Of a DNA stretch of 9,880 nucleotides, positions 6,214-9,880 are shown piece by piece. Source of the stretch: a virus (Duplodnaviria; Heunggongvirae; Uroviricota; Caudoviricetes). Made by a program: the position numbers and the translations under genes. The first letter of the stretch is position 1. Each line of letters begins with the position of its first letter. The DNA lies in IMG/VR virus record IMGVR_UViG_2740892274_000003. One strand, given 5' to 3'. The notes under the pieces were generated by a model. That model did not search any database. It had not been told where the DNA came from and saw nothing but the letters and a program-made list of their open reading frames with translations.

Positions 6214-6708
6214 ATGGCTGGAACGGCGGGGCGTTCCGGGCGTCGCCCCAAGCCAACGGCGCGCAAGGCGCTGGCCGGAAACCCCGGCAAGCGAGCCCTG
6301 AACAAAGATGAACCTGTTTTTACGCCCATCAAAGGTGTTGAGCCACCAGAGTGGTTCGCTGAAGAAGATCTCCCTCTCGCCACGATCATGTGGCAACTGA
6401 CAACCAAAGAACTCTGCGGTCAGGGCCTGCTGTGCGTGACTGACCTGGCGGTACTTGAGCGGTGGTGCGTGGCCTATGAGTTCTGGCGACGTGCCGTGAA
6501 AAATATTGCCATACAGGGCAACACCATCACCGGTGCAATGGGCGGCAGGGTCAAAAATCCGGAGCTGACCGCCAAAAAAGAACAGGAGTCCGAGATGAGC
6601 AGCACGGGGGCAATGCTCGGACTCGACCCCAGCAGCCGCCAGCGTCTGATTGGCCTGGCGGGGCAGAAGAAAGCCACTAACCCGTTTCTGAAAATTATCG
6701 AATCATGA
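6214..6708 (+). CDS. terminase small subunit (P27 family)
   Basis: [34 protein letters not shown] is the characteristic N-terminus of P27-family small terminases. AGGAG lies 8 nt before ATG 6214. Stop overlaps the TerL start (ATGA). Confidence 0.85.
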   Translation: MAGTAGRSGRRPKPTARKALAGNPGKRALNKDEPVFTPIKGVEPPEWFAEEDLPLATIMWQLTTKELCGQGLLCVTDLAVLERWCVAYEFWRRAVKNIAIQGNTITGAMGGRVKNPELTAKKEQESEMSSTGAMLGLDPSSRQRLIGLAGQKKATNPFLKIIES

Positions 6709-8438
6709 GCCGGAAATCTTACCCCAACGTAAATGCTGCAAATCAGTATGCCCGGGATGTCGTGCGCGGAAAGATTGTTGCCTGCCAGTTTGTGATTCAG
6801 GCCTGCCAGCGCCATCTTGATGACCTGATGGCGGAAAAAAGTAAGTCGTTTCGTTACCGCTTCGACAAGGACCTGGCTGAACGGGCCGCGAAATTTATTC
6901 AGCTGTTGCCGCACACCAAGGGGGAGTGGGCATTCAAACGGATGCCCATCACGCTGGAGCCGTGGCAGCTATTTGTGATCTGCTGTGCGTTTGGCTGGGT
7001 CAATAAAGGCACCCGGTTGCGCCGCTTCCGGGAGGTGTACACCGAAATCCCCCGTAAGAACGGCAAATCAGCAATCTCTGCCGGTGTTGCCCTGTATTGT
7101 TTTGCCTGTGATAACGAGTTTGGCGCGGAAGTGTATTCCGGTGCCACGACAGAGAAACAGGCGTGGGAAGTCTTTCGCCCGGCGCGACTGATGTGTAAAC
7201 GCACACCCATGCTGACGGAAGCGTTCGGGATTGAGGTTAACGCCTCAAACATGAACCGTCCGGAGGATGGCGCGCGGTTTGAACCGCTGATCGGCAACCC
7301 AGGTGATGGTTCATCACCCCACTGTGCCGTGGTTGATGAATATCACGAGCATGCCACCGATGCGCTTTATACCACAATGCTTACCGGGATGGGGGCGCGA
7401 CGTCAGCCACTGATGTGGGCCATCACCACCGCCGGGTACAACATTGAGGGGCCGTGCTACGACAAGCGGCGGGAAGTCATCGAGATGCTCAACGGCTCGG
7501 TGCCTAACGATGAACTGTTCGGGATCATCTATACCGTTGATGAAGGTGACGACTGGACCGGCCCGCAGGTGCTGGAAAAAGCCAATCCAAATATTGGCGT
7601 GTCGGTTTATCGCGAATTTTTGTTAAGTCAGCAGCAGCGTGCGAAAAATAACGCCCGTCTGGCAAACGTCTTTAAAACAAAACACCTCAATATCTGGGTG
7701 TCGGCGCGTTCGGCGTATTTCAACTTGGTGAGCTGGCAGAGCTGCGAGGATAAATCACTGACCCTTGAGCAGTTCGAGGGGCAGCCGTGCATTCTGGCCT
7801 TTGACCTGGCGCGTAAGCTGGATATGAACAGCATGGCGCGACTTTATACCCGCGAGATTGACGGTAAAACGCATTACTACAGTGTGGCCCCGCGTTTCTG
7901 GGTACCGTATGACACGGTGTACAGCGTCGAGAAAAATGAAGATCGACGGACAGCCGAACGCTTTCAGAAATGGGTGGAAATGGGCGTTCTGACCGTTACC
8001 GATGGTGCGGAGGTGGATTATCGCTACATCCTCGAGGAGGCCAAAGCGGCGAACAAAATCAGCCCGGTCAGTGAGTCACCCATCGACCCCTTCGGGGCGA
8101 CCGGGTTGTCACATGACCTTGCTGATGAAGACCTGAATCCCGTCACTATCGTCCAGAACTTCACCAATATGTCCGATCCGATGAAAGAGCTGGAAGCAGC
8201 GATTGAATCGGGACGTTTTCATCATGACGGCAATCCCATCATGACCTGGTGTATCGGCAACGTGGTCGGCAAAAACATGCCGGGTAACGATGATGTGGTG
8301 AAACCCGTCAAAGAGCAGGCGGAAAACAAAATCGATGGTGCAGTTGCGCTGATTATGGCGGTTGGCAGAGCCATGCTGTACGAGAAAGAAGACACGCTGT
8401 CTGACCACATTGAGTCCTACGGGATCCGCTCGCTTTAA
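6705..8438 (+). CDS. terminase large subunit (HK97-like)
   Basis: Uninterrupted 577-aa ORF with ATPase-like N-terminal region (EIPRKNGKS) and nuclease-like C-terminal region. Translationally coupled to TerS. Confidence 0.95.
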   Translation: MSRKSYPNVNAANQYARDVVRGKIVACQFVIQACQRHLDDLMAEKSKSFRYRFDKDLAERAAKFIQLLPHTKGEWAFKRMPITLEPWQLFVICCAFGWVNKGTRLRRFREVYTEIPRKNGKSAISAGVALYCFACDNEFGAEVYSGATTEKQAWEVFRPARLMCKRTPMLTEAFGIEVNASNMNRPEDGARFEPLIGNPGDGSSPHCAVVDEYHEHATDALYTTMLTGMGARRQPLMWAITTAGYNIEGPCYDKRREVIEMLNGSVPNDELFGIIYTVDEGDDWTGPQVLEKANPNIGVSVYREFLLSQQQRAKNNARLANVFKTKHLNIWVSARSAYFNLVSWQSCEDKSLTLEQFEGQPCILAFDLARKLDMNSMARLYTREIDGKTHYYSVAPRFWVPYDTVYSVEKNEDRRTAERFQKWVEMGVLTVTDGAEVDYRYILEEAKAANKISPVSESPIDPFGATGLSHDLADEDLNPVTIVQNFTNMSDPMKELEAAIESGRFHHDGNPIMTWCIGNVVGKNMPGNDDVVKPVKEQAENKIDGAVALIMAVGRAMLYEKEDTLSDHIESYGIRSL

Positions 8439-8449
8439 CTGAGGTAATT

Positions 8450-8632
8450 ATGATCATGCTGATTCTCGCGCCTCTGGTGGGCGTGCTGGGTGCGCTTTTG
8501 CTGGCGTATGGTGCCTGGCTGATTTATCCCCCGGCGGGTTTTGTTGTTGCCGGGGCGCTGTGCCTGTTCTGGTCGTGGCTGGTGGCGCGATATCTCGACC
8601 GTACACGGCAGTCTGTCGGCGGAGGTAAATAG
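8450..8632 (+). CDS. small hydrophobic protein (60 aa, two predicted transmembrane helices)
   Basis: [49 protein letters not shown] then a basic tail. GAGGT precedes ATG 8450. Its TAG stop overlaps the portal GTG start (TAGTG) and its last codons contain the portal Shine-Dalgarno GGAGGT. Confidence 0.5.
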   Translation: MIMLILAPLVGVLGALLLAYGAWLIYPPAGFVVAGALCLFWSWLVARYLDRTRQSVGGGK

Positions 8633-9788
8633 TGTTCTTTTCGGGATTATTTCAACGAAAAAGCGATGTGCCGGTGACCACGCCAGCAGAACTGCTGATG
8701 CTATCGGGCTGTCATACGACACCTATACCGGAAAGCGGATCAGTAGCCAGCGGGCCATGCGCCTGACGGCGGTCTATTCTTGCGTCAGGGTGCTGGCAGA
8801 GTCTGTTGGTATGCTGCCCTGCAGTCTCTACAAAATCAGCGGTACCCTGAAAACACGGGCGGTGGATGAACGACTGCATAAGTTGGTTTCGGCAAAACCT
8901 AATGGCTACATGACACCGCAGGAATTCTGGGAGCTGGTTATTGTCTGCCTGTGTCTACGGGGGAATTTTTACGCCTACAAGGTAAAGGCACTGGGAGAAG
9001 TGGTGGAGCTTCTTCCGATAGATCCGGGCTGTGTGGAACCGAAGCTGAACAGCCAGTGGCAGCCGGTTTATCAGGTGACGTTTCCGGATGGTTCCGTGGA
9101 TGTGTTGACCCAGAATGAAATCTGGCATGTGCGCACCCTGACGCTGGATGGACTTGTCGGGCTGAATCCCATTGCGTATGCGCGTGAGGCCATTTCACTG
9201 GCAGCGGCAACCGAGGAGCACGGTGCCAGGTTGTTTAGTAATGGTGCGGTGACATCCGGTGTGTTGCGTACGGAACAAAAGCTCACGCCGGATGCTTACG
9301 AGCGTCTGAAGAAAGATTTTGAGGAGTGTCACACGGGGCTTGGCAATGCTCACCGCCCGATGATTCTGGAAATGGGGCTGGACTGGAAGTCGATGGCGCT
9401 GAACGCCGAGGACAGTCAGTTCCTGGAAACCCGCAAGTTTCAGCTGGAAGAAATCTGTCGTCTGTTCCGGGTGCCGTTGCACATGGTGCAGAACACCGAT
9501 CGCGCCACCTTCAACAATATCGAAGAGCTGGGGCTGGGATTTATCAACTATTCACTGGTGCCGTATCTGACCCGCATCGAACAGCGGATCAACACCGGAC
9601 TGGTACGAAAAAGTAAGCAGGGCGTTTATTACGCCAAATTTAACGCCGGGGCGTTACTGCGCGGGGATATGAAGTCCCGTTTTGAAGCCTACGCCACCGG
9701 GATCAACTGGGGAATTTACTCTTCCAATGACTGCCGCGACCTGGAAGATATGAATCCGCGTCCCGGTGGTGTAATGCCGATCAGTTAA
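8632..9788 (+). CDS. phage portal protein, HK97 family; apparent frame discontinuity near 8705-8720 (sequencing error or pseudogene)
   Basis: GTG 8632 with GGAGGT 5 nt upstream opens a frame reading [26 protein letters not shown] and stopping at 8764-8766. The -1 frame reads YTGKRISSQRAMRLTAVYSCVRVLAESVGMLP and continues as a portal-like sequence to 9788. Restoring one base near 8710-8714 joins them. Alternative intact start: ATG 8757. Confidence 0.75.
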
Positions 9789-9821
9789 GGATCAGTTGAC
9801 CGATCCAGTGGCTGTGTAAGA

Positions 9822-9856
9822 ATCCGGAAACGCTCACTTGTTTCCGGATTTTTTTA
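9822..9856 (+). terminator. terminator-like hairpin plus T7 tract after the portal gene
   Basis: Stem ATCCGGAAAC (9822-9831) / GTTTCCGGAT (9840-9849), 8-nt loop, TTTTTTT at 9850-9856, immediately followed by ATG 9857. Confidence 0.4.
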
Positions 9857-9880
9857 TGCACATTGGACAGGCTCTTGATC

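Noticed and set aside
5992-7297. Minus-strand ORFs overlapping HNH, TerS and TerL (5992-6396, 6195-6407, 6474-6914, 6899-7297, 7000-7206, 7628-7834, 8109-8408)
   Set aside because: Antisense to well-supported packaging genes, with low-complexity translations.
8541-8631. Portal ORF start at ATG 8541
   Set aside because: That start lies inside the small membrane ORF in another frame and adds a Cys/Arg/Trp-rich segment. The portal-like N-terminus is instead found from GTG 8632 in the adjacent frame.

Overview
This window is an all-plus-strand segment of a lambdoid prophage from an enterobacterial host, running from the replication module into the head-packaging module. Gene order: DnaB-type helicase (184-1575), a small 85-aa ORF, RusA resolvase, a short Q-type antiterminator (2190-2576), a promoter/terminator region, an ORF6N-domain cargo gene (3057-3620), four tightly packed tRNAs (3810-4120), about 610 bp of structured non-coding DNA, a phage-21-type lysis cassette (pinholin S, SAR endolysin R, Rz/Rz1), HNH endonuclease, a putative cos region, terminase small and large subunits, a 60-aa membrane ORF, and an HK97-family portal. 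A 351-nt run of N (5172-5522) removes most of the endolysin and the starts of Rz/Rz1. No CRISPR array, integrase, toxin or recognisable defence system is visible. The best candidates for something undescribed are the cargo slot between Q and the lysis genes (ORF6N protein with an unassigned C-terminal domain, plus tRNAs that all read A-ending codons) and a possible antisense small transcript at 4556-4689. The portal gene has an apparent single-base frame discontinuity. All family assignments are from reading the translations and from memory of these families; no database search was run.
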